The notes under the pieces: model-generated
What the model was told of the DNA's origin: nothing
The model's database searches: none
Seen by the model: only the letters and a program-made list of their open reading frames with translations
Part shown: positions 9,202-17,608 of the stretch, piece by piece
Layout of the letters: every line of letters starts with the position of its first letter
Position numbering within the stretch: the first letter of the stretch is position 1
Made by a program: the position numbers and the translations under genes
Origin: Candidatus Aenigmatarchaeota archaeon
GTDB lineage: Archaea; Aenigmatarchaeota; Aenigmatarchaeia; Aenigmatarchaeales; JAHLMS01
DNA length: 58,307 bases
Assembly (NCBI GenBank): GCA_018920245.1
Contig: JAHLMS010000002.1
Coordinates: forward strand, 1 to 58,307
Direction of reading: 5' to 3'

Positions 9202-10392
9202 ATGAAGGGGTTCGTATATCTCATAGAGGTCGCAATAGCGGGATTGCTCACGGTGCTGGCGCTCGCCGCGCTTATATCGACGACTACATTGCGGGCAGGG
9301 TGGGAGCGCCCCGACCTGATAGCGCTTGGAGACAGTGTAATGTGGTCGCTCGAGGCATCAAACCAGATGATAAACGTTCTTAATGGCAACGCATCAAACA
9401 TAACACGCATGCTGCCATTCAATATCCGATGGGCTCTGCATGTTTCAGGTACTCCAAAATCGGAGATAAGGGTGGGTTGCGTATGCGATTTCAAAAATTA
9501 TACCTTGGTAAAGGACATGCTTGAACTGACGTACATCAATGGTCGCCCAATAAATTTCACAGTTGACCAGTTGTCGTGGCCAACAATGAACGCGAACGAT
9601 TATGACGTGATAATTTTCACCACGCCTGTCGCATTTGATACCGACAATGATGTGAAAAACTATCTCTCATTGGGCCGCGGCATTATTGCACTGTTCAATA
9701 TGGATGCCAGTGCATTGTCAAATATGACCAACACTTTCGGACTTAGGGCTCAAACAAGACCTATACCGCCATCCGGCTACATTAACTTCACTGAATACAA
9801 TCCGACCGTGAATAGAATACCGAAATATTTCTTCGGTTTTGGTATGCCCGTAACGACGACATATGCGATAGGGGACGGCAAGGTCAGTGGGACATGGAAA
9901 CTGTGGGGTGTGGACAGGCAGGTAAACGTCACACCATCGATGCGTGTCGAGATCGAGGGCGCTGTCCCAAGCAGCGTTGTAGAAGGCGGCGGATTTGTCA
10001 TGACAGGACCTTCCGGCAATGTCAACTTCAAGATCAAAAAAATATGGCCCGACAGCAGCGGTGTCATATTTCAACCACTCGTGCCAGATTTCGATTTTCT
10101 GAATTTTGCGAATGATGATACAACAGTCACAGGCAACATCAATATTGTCAGCGATGGTGTGATATCCGCCGTGACTGCTAACGGCACAGCAGTATGGATA
10201 TCTGACTGGCCTGTGCTGAGCAGCGAATATGGCTTGCTGTTGCGCGCGGCTGTGGCATCGCTTGCAACAGATTGGTGGGTTGTGGAAGCTGTTAACCCGA
10301 GGGAACCTGTCACAACAACAGCGTTCGCCTCATTGAGCGGTGACACGCCTGAAACAGTAAAACTTGTACTGTGGTTGTGGTATGTCTTCTAG
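9202..10392 (+). CDS. large pilin-like protein with a C-terminal globular domain of about 370 aa
   Basis: MKG|FVYLIEVAIAGLLTVLALAALI resembles GFTLIE. The start abuts the preceding stop codon. Confidence 0.55.
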   Translation: MKGFVYLIEVAIAGLLTVLALAALISTTTLRAGWERPDLIALGDSVMWSLEASNQMINVLNGNASNITRMLPFNIRWALHVSGTPKSEIRVGCVCDFKNYTLVKDMLELTYINGRPINFTVDQLSWPTMNANDYDVIIFTTPVAFDTDNDVKNYLSLGRGIIALFNMDASALSNMTNTFGLRAQTRPIPPSGYINFTEYNPTVNRIPKYFFGFGMPVTTTYAIGDGKVSGTWKLWGVDRQVNVTPSMRVEIEGAVPSSVVEGGGFVMTGPSGNVNFKIKKIWPDSSGVIFQPLVPDFDFLNFANDDTTVTGNINIVSDGVISAVTANGTAVWISDWPVLSSEYGLLLRAAVASLATDWWVVEAVNPREPVTTTAFASLSGDTPETVKLVLWLWYVF

Positions 10393-11050
10393 ATGCTTTG
10401 TCTGCGGAAAGCGACTAGCTGTTATTGATGGATGGTGTGCCGAGGACTGGAACGCCCAGCATGAACTTGTCAAACTGCCCGCCAGACTTGAGGTTACGAT
10501 TTGCAGTCGTTGCGACCGTGCAAAAATATCTGGAAAATGGCAGGTTTGGAATGCACAGGCATTCCTGCGAAGCAAAGCGAAGGTCTTTGGCCGTCTGGAT
10601 AGATTTGATGTGAACAGACAGAACGAAAAATTCACTGTGCTGGCGTCCGGACTTGTTGAACGTGGCAAAAAGTTGAAGACAGAGAAACACACAGTGCTCA
10701 TAAACTTCAACTGTGTGGTCTGTCCGGATTGTTCGCGCGCATTAGGCGGATATTACGAAGCTGTGCTGCAACTGCGTGGGGATATATCAGAGAACGTGAT
10801 AAAATACTTTGAGCGGGAAGCTGCCAAGATATCTGCTGTTGACGCACGGGCTTTTTATTCTGTTAAAGATGTAAAGGAAGGGTTCGATGTACGCATCGGT
10901 AGCGCATCGGCAGCAAGCAAGCTTGCAAGGTTGCTGAAGGAAAAGTATGGCGCCGAACTGAAGAAGAGCTATAAGCTGGTAGGCCGTAAGTCTGGCAAGG
11001 ACATATATCGTATGTTCATCTCCGTCCGTTTCAGGCAACGATTTAAATAG
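10382..11050 (+). CDS. NMD3-family protein (archaeal homolog of the 60S export adaptor)
   Basis: Cys pairs CFVCGK, CSRCD and CVVCPDCS, followed by GGYYEAVLQLRG, which is typical of the NMD3 N-terminal domain. I prefer the ATG at 10382, which overlaps the upstream stop, over 10364. Confidence 0.7.
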   Translation: MSSRCFVCGKRLAVIDGWCAEDWNAQHELVKLPARLEVTICSRCDRAKISGKWQVWNAQAFLRSKAKVFGRLDRFDVNRQNEKFTVLASGLVERGKKLKTEKHTVLINFNCVVCPDCSRALGGYYEAVLQLRGDISENVIKYFEREAAKISAVDARAFYSVKDVKEGFDVRIGSASAASKLARLLKEKYGAELKKSYKLVGRKSGKDIYRMFISVRFRQRFK

Positions 11051-11070
11051 TTCTATGCTGAAGTGTTCCT

Positions 11071-11400
11071 ATGGCATACCATGAGCCCAAAACACCAGAA
11101 GAGTTGGAAGAAGAATTGGCACGAACACGCATCCCAAAAACGGGGGAGATTCTCGGTATAGTTAGTGCCATGATGGGTGCTGGAAAACTCACGGTCGAAT
11201 GTGATGACGGCAACACGCGCCTGTGCAGAATTCCAGGAAAGATTCGAAAACGCATATGGGTGCGCGTCGGGGACCTTGTGATTGTAGAACCGTGGAAAGT
11301 CCAAAGCAACGAGCGCGGGGACATTGTCTGGCGCTACACAAACACACAGGCGGAGTGGCTCAAACGAAAGGGTTACTTGAAGAAGCTATCGCTCGGATAG
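11071..11400 (+). CDS. eif1a: translation initiation factor aIF-1A
   Basis: GEILGIVSAMMGAGKLTVECDDGNTRLCRIPGKIRKRIWVRVGDLVIVEPW is the S1-like OB signature of eIF1A. Confidence 0.9.
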   Translation: MAYHEPKTPEELEEELARTRIPKTGEILGIVSAMMGAGKLTVECDDGNTRLCRIPGKIRKRIWVRVGDLVIVEPWKVQSNERGDIVWRYTNTQAEWLKRKGYLKKLSLG

Positions 11401-11433
11401 CATTTTTAAGGTTCGGGTCATGATTCTATTTTC

Positions 11434-12171
11434 ATGACAAGGCAGAAGTGGAAAGAAGCACTTGTTGATGTGAGCGAGCTACGAAAAACATGGGGCGGCA
11501 TTTTCGACAACTCAACAATCCTCACCATCCGAGGCTTGATGATACGCGGTGCCATAAAGGAGTTGCACAGTGTCATCAAAGAAGGCAAGGAGAGCATGGT
11601 ATTGTCTGGCATCGGAAAAGATGGTCCGATAGCAATCAAGGTCTACGCAGTCGCTGCCGCCAATTTCAAGCGCATGCATCCATATCTCATAGGCGATCCG
11701 CGATTTGCACATGTCAAATCCGACAGACGGTCGATTGTCTATGCATGGGCGACCAAAGAGTACAAGAACCTGCAGAAGGCAGCCAATGCTGGGGTTGCAT
11801 GCCCGACACCTATCGCTGTTAGGGCCAACGTGCTCGTGATGTCCTTCCTTGGCGAAGGTGGTGTTTCGTATCCACGCCTCTCGGACATAAAATTAGAAAA
11901 CTATCAAAATGTTTTTGAGAATGTTGTGAATAATATGAAGCTACTCTATCAGAAAGCTAAAATCGTTCATGGCGACTTGTCTGAATTTAACATCTTGCTC
12001 GGCGATAAACCATACATGATAGATTTTTCACAGTCTGTGGTGCTCAACCATCCGCAGGCCGATGAATGGCTACGCAGAGATGTAGAGAACGTCTGCAAAT
12101 ATTTCAGCAAGCACGGCGTGGCGGCCGAAGCCGCACAGGTTTATCAACTCATCACCAACAAATCTTTTTAA
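11434..12171 (+). CDS. rio1: RIO-type serine protein kinase (Rio1)
   Basis: AIKVY...KEYKNL... and the VHGDLSEFNILL catalytic loop, followed by IDFSQS. The conserved neighbourhood with aIF-1A and the KH protein supports the call. Confidence 0.9.
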   Translation: MTRQKWKEALVDVSELRKTWGGIFDNSTILTIRGLMIRGAIKELHSVIKEGKESMVLSGIGKDGPIAIKVYAVAAANFKRMHPYLIGDPRFAHVKSDRRSIVYAWATKEYKNLQKAANAGVACPTPIAVRANVLVMSFLGEGGVSYPRLSDIKLENYQNVFENVVNNMKLLYQKAKIVHGDLSEFNILLGDKPYMIDFSQSVVLNHPQADEWLRRDVENVCKYFSKHGVAAEAAQVYQLITNKSF

Positions 12172-12181
12172 GGTATGCAAC

Positions 12182-12661
12182 ATGAAAGAAGTTGTGATGA
12201 TTCCGGCCGACCGTGTAGGCGTGCTCACACAGCCGGTCCGTGATGAGATTGAGAAGCGGCTCGGAGTCAAGGTCAATATCATTGGTAACTCTGTTGAGCT
12301 TGATGGGGAAGGCATAGAGCTCCAGACAGCAATGAACATGATAAAGGCCATCGGTCGAGGCTTCGCTCCAGAGCGAGCATACCGTCTGTTCGAGGAAGAC
12401 CAGTTGCTTGAAATCATCGACATAGGTGGCTTTAGCGAGGCGCGTGCTGCAACTATACGGTCCAGGATAATAGGAACAAAGGGTCGCATGCGCAAACGCA
12501 TAGAAGATGCTTCAGGGGCCGCAGTCAGCGTATATGGAAAGACTATAGCTATAATCGGGACATGGGAGCAGGTCAATATGGCTAAGAAAGCGGTCGAGAT
12601 GCTGATTGGTGGAGCAATGCATTCGAGTGTAGAAAAGTTTTTATTGAGAGCAAGAAAGTGA
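12182..12661 (+). CDS. KH-domain RNA-binding protein (Dim2/Pno1-like)
   Basis: Two KH-like units, with IIGTKGRMRKRIEDASGAAVSV matching a GXXG loop. Conserved archaeal partner of Rio1. Confidence 0.75.
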   Translation: MKEVVMIPADRVGVLTQPVRDEIEKRLGVKVNIIGNSVELDGEGIELQTAMNMIKAIGRGFAPERAYRLFEEDQLLEIIDIGGFSEARAATIRSRIIGTKGRMRKRIEDASGAAVSVYGKTIAIIGTWEQVNMAKKAVEMLIGGAMHSSVEKFLLRARK

Positions 12662-14604
12662 GTGTTATGGCAAAGACTGACAGTGTGAAAACTGCAGAGA
12701 CCATGGCTGGTGCACTGCGCGAAATTTCTGTGGCTGAATTTTTCGAAAAGAATCGGCACCTGCTTGGTTTCGACAACCCTGCAAAAGCGCTGCTCACGGT
12801 TGTTAAAGAGGCAGTCGATAACAGTATAGATGCATGCGAGGAGGCGCGTATACTTCCTGACATAGTGGTGATAGTCAAAGAACCGCGCGAGGTCTTCAGG
12901 ATTACTGATGAGAGCGGTGTCGAAATCGGAATGATAACAAAGGTCGGCGACAAGCTTGAACTGCGCATTGGCGACGAGACTGCAAAGTTCATAGAGAAGA
13001 AGGAACCGCGCAAGACAGAGTCCGTTTACATCTTTGAGCACGGTGACAACACTTACAAATTCAGGGTCATGAAGAAGGAGATAAAAAAAGAGAACGGAAC
13101 GCCTGCCATCAGCGAGGTATACGAGTTCGTGCGTGGCAGGACCGAGCTTAGGATATCGAAGCAACCAGCTGACCGTTTCTCTATAATAGTTGAGGACAAT
13201 GGTCCTGGCATAGTAAAGGAACACATACCACGCGTGTTCGGAAAGCTTTTATACGGCAGTAAGTTCATGGGCGGAAAACAGTCGCGAGGACAGCAGGGTA
13301 TTGGCATTTCAGCGAGCGTACTGTATTCGCAATTGACTGCTGGCAAGCCGGCAATCATTCACAGTCGGACTGCTGCCAACAAACCTGTATACATGTACCA
13401 TCTGCGTATCGACACTACCAAGAACGAGCCTATAATAGTTGAAGAGAAATCCTTCAAGGAACCACCACCACTGGATGGCCAGAAACCTGTCATGACCGAA
13501 CATGGTGTCAGATTCGAGGTCGAGGTTGAAGGCAAATGGATACAGCGCTATCATAGCGTTGAAGAATATATTAAACAGACTGCTATATCAAACCCTTATG
13601 CGAACATAACGTTCGTCAAACCAGATGGAGAGATATGCAAATTTGAACGTGTCACAAAGGAGCTGCCACCGTTACCGAAATCTATCAAGCCGCACCCACA
13701 TGGCGTGGAGATGGGGGCGCTCGAGCGTATGCTCAAGCTTACAGATAGTCGGACGCTTGCTGGATTTTTATCAAATGATTTCAGCCGTATCGGTCCGGGA
13801 ACAGCGATGCAAATATGCAAGCTTTCAAACCTGAAACCATCGCTCAAGCCTAAGGATGTCGACCACGAACAACTCGAACGGCTGTGGCGCACGCTGCAGT
13901 CCTTCGCTTTCATGAAACCTCCGATGGATTGTCTGTCTCCAATGGGCGAAGAGAGGATGATAGAAGGGCTTAAAAAGGAGTACAAGCTTGACTTCGTCAC
14001 AGCAGTGAGCCGGTCGCCTGCGGTCTACCGAGGTATGCCTTTTCTAATAGAGGTTGGTGTGGGCTACGGTGGCGAACTGAAAGATAATGAGCCGGCAAAG
14101 ATACTGCGCTTCGCGAACCGAGTGCCATTGCTCTATCAAGCAGCAAGCTGTGCGACCACGAAGGCCGTACAGAAAATCGATTGGCGCCACTACGGCTTGG
14201 ACGTCTCTGGTAACATGCCCATCGGCCCGGCTATTATTGCAATACACATGGCATCGGTTTGGATACCTTATATCAGCGAAGCAAAAGAAGCTATCGCACC
14301 TTATCCTGTCATAGTCAAAGAGATAAAACTCGCACTGCAAGACTGCATGCGCAAACTCCAGCGCTACATCAGCGGCAAGCGACAACGCGAGGTAGCTGCA
14401 CAGCGTGCAAGCCTGTTCGAGAAGTACATACCTGAGGTCGCCGAAGCAATATCCAAGATATCAGATGTGCCGAAAGAGAAACTACAAACAGGGCTAGTCA
14501 ATATACTCAAGAAGGGGCAAATTATATTTGAGGATGAAAAGGCTGAAGATGAGAACGGAACAAAACCTGTTCAAACCGCATTAGCGAAGAAATCTGAAGA
14601 GTGA
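12658..14604 (+). CDS. top6B: DNA topoisomerase VI subunit B
   Basis: GHKL/Bergerat boxes VKEAVDNSIDACEE and VEDNGPGI, plus GSKF...SRGQQGIGIS. The transducer region follows. An alternative ATG is at 12667. Confidence 0.92.
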   Translation: MSVMAKTDSVKTAETMAGALREISVAEFFEKNRHLLGFDNPAKALLTVVKEAVDNSIDACEEARILPDIVVIVKEPREVFRITDESGVEIGMITKVGDKLELRIGDETAKFIEKKEPRKTESVYIFEHGDNTYKFRVMKKEIKKENGTPAISEVYEFVRGRTELRISKQPADRFSIIVEDNGPGIVKEHIPRVFGKLLYGSKFMGGKQSRGQQGIGISASVLYSQLTAGKPAIIHSRTAANKPVYMYHLRIDTTKNEPIIVEEKSFKEPPPLDGQKPVMTEHGVRFEVEVEGKWIQRYHSVEEYIKQTAISNPYANITFVKPDGEICKFERVTKELPPLPKSIKPHPHGVEMGALERMLKLTDSRTLAGFLSNDFSRIGPGTAMQICKLSNLKPSLKPKDVDHEQLERLWRTLQSFAFMKPPMDCLSPMGEERMIEGLKKEYKLDFVTAVSRSPAVYRGMPFLIEVGVGYGGELKDNEPAKILRFANRVPLLYQAASCATTKAVQKIDWRHYGLDVSGNMPIGPAIIAIHMASVWIPYISEAKEAIAPYPVIVKEIKLALQDCMRKLQRYISGKRQREVAAQRASLFEKYIPEVAEAISKISDVPKEKLQTGLVNILKKGQIIFEDEKAEDENGTKPVQTALAKKSEE

Positions 14605-14608
14605 TTGT

Positions 14609-15694
14609 ATGGTGAAGACTGACCAAACGAAAGCAAAATTAAAACAGATTGGAATAAAACTTGCCAAGGATATCGGGGCGGGCAAGAATCCGACGCTCGA
14701 TGTCCCGATACGCGCGCTCTCAAATGTCGCGTATGACCCGAAGACCAAGCTTATCATGCTCGGAGACAAGACAGCGAAACGATTCTTTTTCAACGTGGCG
14801 CACGTGCGCAAGTTCGTGCAGACCGTCGAGGTGGCGGCTACCGCAAAGGAGTTGCTGGACGTAGACAAGCACCTCAGCCTTAGGGAGGTATTCTATAGAA
14901 TCAACCGAACGCTGCCTGGAACCAACATCAACATCGTTGATGAGCAGGAGGAATCAAATAAAGCAATCGAAGACTTGGAACTGATAACAAATGCCTCCCG
15001 TGAACAGTTGCACATCAATGCGAACAAAATGGGTTCTGTCGTGGGCAAGGTTGTTATCAAGGATAAAGGCGATCTTGTCGATTGGTCCAAGCTCGGCAGC
15101 GGTGGTTGGGCCATACCGTCAAATGTGGAGGACATAGAATTCGTCAAGGTCAATGCCAAATTTATCATCTACATGGAAAAGGCCGCTGAATGGGAGCGGC
15201 TGCATGAAGACAAGGTGTGGGAAAAGCTGAACTGTATCATTATGTGCAGTCAAGGACAGGCGACGCGTGGTGTGCGTAGGCTTCTGCAACGCATGCACAT
15301 AGAGCACAAGTTGCCCATCTATGTGCTCGTAGACGGAGATCCATGGGGGGTCTACATCTATTCTGTACTGAAGTATGGTTCTATATCGCTCGCGCATATC
15401 AGCGAGCGTCTAGCGATACCAGGCGCACGTTTCCTTGGATTGTCTGCGGATGACGTGGAAAAGTACGACCTGAAAAGGCACATAATTAAATTCGAGGATG
15501 TGGATAAGGCGAGATTGGAGCAGATATCCAAGTATGAATGGTTCAAGAACAACAAAGAATGGCAGAGGCAATTCGACATGTGGCGCAAACTCGGAGGAAA
15601 GGTCGAATTGGCGGCATTATCATCCAAGGGCATAAGCTTCATCTCAGACAAGTACATACCAGACAAAATCAGAAACAAAGAATTTCTGGATTAA
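14609..15694 (+). CDS. top6A: DNA topoisomerase VI subunit A (Spo11 family)
   Basis: LREVFYR contains the catalytic Tyr region. The Toprim segment is IIYMEKAAEW...VLVDGDPWG. Confidence 0.92.
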   Translation: MVKTDQTKAKLKQIGIKLAKDIGAGKNPTLDVPIRALSNVAYDPKTKLIMLGDKTAKRFFFNVAHVRKFVQTVEVAATAKELLDVDKHLSLREVFYRINRTLPGTNINIVDEQEESNKAIEDLELITNASREQLHINANKMGSVVGKVVIKDKGDLVDWSKLGSGGWAIPSNVEDIEFVKVNAKFIIYMEKAAEWERLHEDKVWEKLNCIIMCSQGQATRGVRRLLQRMHIEHKLPIYVLVDGDPWGVYIYSVLKYGSISLAHISERLAIPGARFLGLSADDVEKYDLKRHIIKFEDVDKARLEQISKYEWFKNNKEWQRQFDMWRKLGGKVELAALSSKGISFISDKYIPDKIRNKEFLD

Positions 15695-15702
15695 CTCGTG
15701 CG

Positions 15703-15712
15703 TATTTAAATA
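15703..15712 (+). promoter_or_regulatory. TATA box for tRNA-Phe
   Basis: tatttaaata lies 25-34 nt upstream of the tRNA 5' end at 15737. Confidence 0.5.
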
Positions 15713-15736
15713 CAGTAAAAATAAAATTCTCTTCAC

Positions 15737-15845
15737 GGGGAGGTAGCTCAGCCTGGGAGAGCGCACGGCTGAAGATCAGCAAGGCAGGCTCTTTGCTGTC
15801 GCAAAGACCGTGATGTCGCGCGTTCAAACCGCGCCCTCCCCACCA
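15737..15845 (+). tRNA. tRNA-Phe(GAA) with a 32-nt anticodon-loop intron and an encoded CCA
   Basis: GGGGAGG-TA-GCTC-AGCCTGGGA-GAGC-G-CACGG-CTGAAG[intron about 15775-15806]A-CCGTG-ATGTC-GCGCG-TTCAAAC-CGCGC-CCTCCCC-A-CCA. The anticodon GAA is at 15771-15773. The exact junction is ambiguous because AAGA is repeated at both ends. The intron contains a CAGCAA/TTGCTG stem. Confidence 0.9.
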
Positions 15846-15915
15846 TACAAATTTATATATTGATTGTTAAGTTTGAACCGCAATCTTTTTCAGTTTGGAC
15901 CTACAATAATATTTA

Positions 15916-16470
15916 ATGCTCATCCGGCTAATTCCGGTCGGTGAGGTGCCCGCGCAGGTAATCGAGGCTATCCTCTCGATTGTGCCGGAAGTTGTTGGTG
16001 CGAAAGTGCGGCTTATGCCCGTCATGCAGCTGCCTGCAGTAGCATTCAACAATTTTCGCAAGCAGTATGATGCAGAAAAGGTGCTTTCAGTGCTCGGTTC
16101 AAATTCTGCTGCCAAATTCATTGATCACAGCATACCGTCACTTTTTGTGACTGATGCAGACCTTTACTATGCGGGGCTCAGTTTCGTTTTCGGGCTCGAG
16201 GACCCTGCTGCTAGTGCAGCAATAATTTCCATTGCACGCCTGAAGCCTGAATTCTATGACAGGCATCCGAACATGACTGTGCTCATTGACAGAGCAGTAA
16301 AGGAAGCGATACATGAGATCGGACATTATCTGGGCTTCGAACACTGCCAGCACAGCTGGTGTGTCATGTCTTTCTCGCCGTCCGTTTCTGATGTGGACAA
16401 CAAGAAGCGCGAGTTCTGTAAGGACTGCCGGATAAAGGCAGCGATGCGTGGCGTGCACATACCTGGCTAA
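15916..16470 (+). CDS. amzA: archaemetzincin (M54 zinc metallopeptidase)
   Basis: HEIGHYLGFEHC is the HExxHxxGxxHC signature. It is followed by CVM...C..C Cys residues. Confidence 0.85.
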   Translation: MLIRLIPVGEVPAQVIEAILSIVPEVVGAKVRLMPVMQLPAVAFNNFRKQYDAEKVLSVLGSNSAAKFIDHSIPSLFVTDADLYYAGLSFVFGLEDPAASAAIISIARLKPEFYDRHPNMTVLIDRAVKEAIHEIGHYLGFEHCQHSWCVMSFSPSVSDVDNKKREFCKDCRIKAAMRGVHIPG

Positions 16471-16502
16471 AAGCTTAAATTGGTCTAACAGAAGTATTGA
16501 TT

Positions 16503-17021
16503 ATGCCATTCGTAGCAGAGCTAATCGAGAATAAAGTTATTATCAGCGACCCGTCCGCTCTTACAGAGCTATATGAATCCGTCTGGTACGGCAAAACAAC
16601 AGACCGTGGGCTTGAGCTCGAACTTGTGGAGGCCTGCCTACTGGCCGAGCGGCAACGGATAGAGATTACAAAGAATGGTAAAAAAATAGATTTCAAGGAC
16701 TTCTACAACCTTTGCTGCGCGCTCGACACGCGGTTCGTGCCCCGCTATGCTGTGTACCGTGACCTGCGCGAGCGCGGACTGCCAGTGCGGGTCGGATTCA
16801 AAGGAACGGATTTCAAGGTTTATGAGCGCGGCTCCAAACCCAGCACTGCAGGCGAGGCGAAATGGATAGTGTTCGCTGAGAGCGAGGATTATCCGTGTGA
16901 ATTTGCAAAGCTTGGTAAGGCCATAAAACTAGCACAGAACATCCGTGCGCTTGCGTTGTGGGCAATTGTGGACAACGACCTTGATGTGACGTATTATATA
17001 ATTTCAACACCGAGCGTGTGA
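16503..17021 (+). CDS. endA: tRNA-splicing endonuclease paralog 1 (probable structural/beta subunit)
   Basis: The N-domain is ...WYGKTTDRGLELELVEACLL. The C-domain is YAVYRDLRERGLPVRVGFKGTDFKVYERG...KWIVFAE...KLAQNIRALALWAIVD. Ala sits where the catalytic His of EndA normally lies (GEAKW versus KEHS). Confidence 0.8.
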   Translation: MPFVAELIENKVIISDPSALTELYESVWYGKTTDRGLELELVEACLLAERQRIEITKNGKKIDFKDFYNLCCALDTRFVPRYAVYRDLRERGLPVRVGFKGTDFKVYERGSKPSTAGEAKWIVFAESEDYPCEFAKLGKAIKLAQNIRALALWAIVDNDLDVTYYIISTPSV

Positions 17022-17025
17022 TATT

Positions 17026-17568
17026 ATGGTTATTGAGGCGACACTTTCAGAAGACCGCGTAATAATCTGGGATCGTGAGGCTGGCAATAAAATATTTGAG
17101 ACTGGGTACTATGGCAAGCCGAAGGAGGATCGCCTCGAACTCTCACTAATTGAGGCGATGCATCTGCTTAATATGGGAAAAATAAAGGTTGTTGATGTTG
17201 AAAGAAAGGAAATCGATGCGAAGGCGTTCATGAAGTATTGTCATAAAATTGACCCACGATTCGACTTCCGTTATGCTGTGTACAGCGATTTGCGAAACAG
17301 GCAACTGCCAACGCGAACTGGATTCAAGTTCGGTTGCGACTTCCGTGTTTATGCAAAAGGCGTGAAGCCTCTGAAACGCGGTCCAAAGTCCGCAAAAGAG
17401 CACACCAAATGGATAGTATATGCAGTGCCGGAGAAGTTTGTATGCAGTTTTCAGGAACTCAGCCGTGCAGTAAGGCTTGCGCACAATATCAGGGCTAATA
17501 TGCTTTGGGCAATCGTCGACGAAGAGGGTAACGTGAGCTATTATCAGGTTACATTTTTCAAACCGTGA
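17026..17568 (+). CDS. endA: tRNA-splicing endonuclease paralog 2 (probable catalytic/alpha subunit)
   Basis: YYGKPKEDRLELSLIEAMHLL, then YAVYSDLRNRQLPTRTGFKFGCDFRVYAKG...AKEHTKWIVYAV...RLAHNIRANMLWAIVD. Retains the FRVY Tyr and the KEH His motifs. It begins 4 nt after paralog 1. Confidence 0.85.
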   Translation: MVIEATLSEDRVIIWDREAGNKIFETGYYGKPKEDRLELSLIEAMHLLNMGKIKVVDVERKEIDAKAFMKYCHKIDPRFDFRYAVYSDLRNRQLPTRTGFKFGCDFRVYAKGVKPLKRGPKSAKEHTKWIVYAVPEKFVCSFQELSRAVRLAHNIRANMLWAIVDEEGNVSYYQVTFFKP

Positions 17569-17608
17569 GGTTTATATTGTTATTTTGTAAATAGAGAACC
17601 GTGATGTA

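Noticed and set aside
12070-13224. 384-aa minus-strand ORF spanning the KH-protein gene and the start of top6B
   Set aside because: It is antisense to two well-supported genes and crosses their boundary. There are no motifs. Long antisense ORFs are expected at this GC content and codon usage.
15775-15806. Attempt to draw a strict bulge-helix-bulge for the tRNA-Phe intron
   Set aside because: The best central helix I could find has only 2 of 4 pairs (CTGA/GCAA). The intron itself is well supported by the flanking cloverleaf, but I make no BHB claim.
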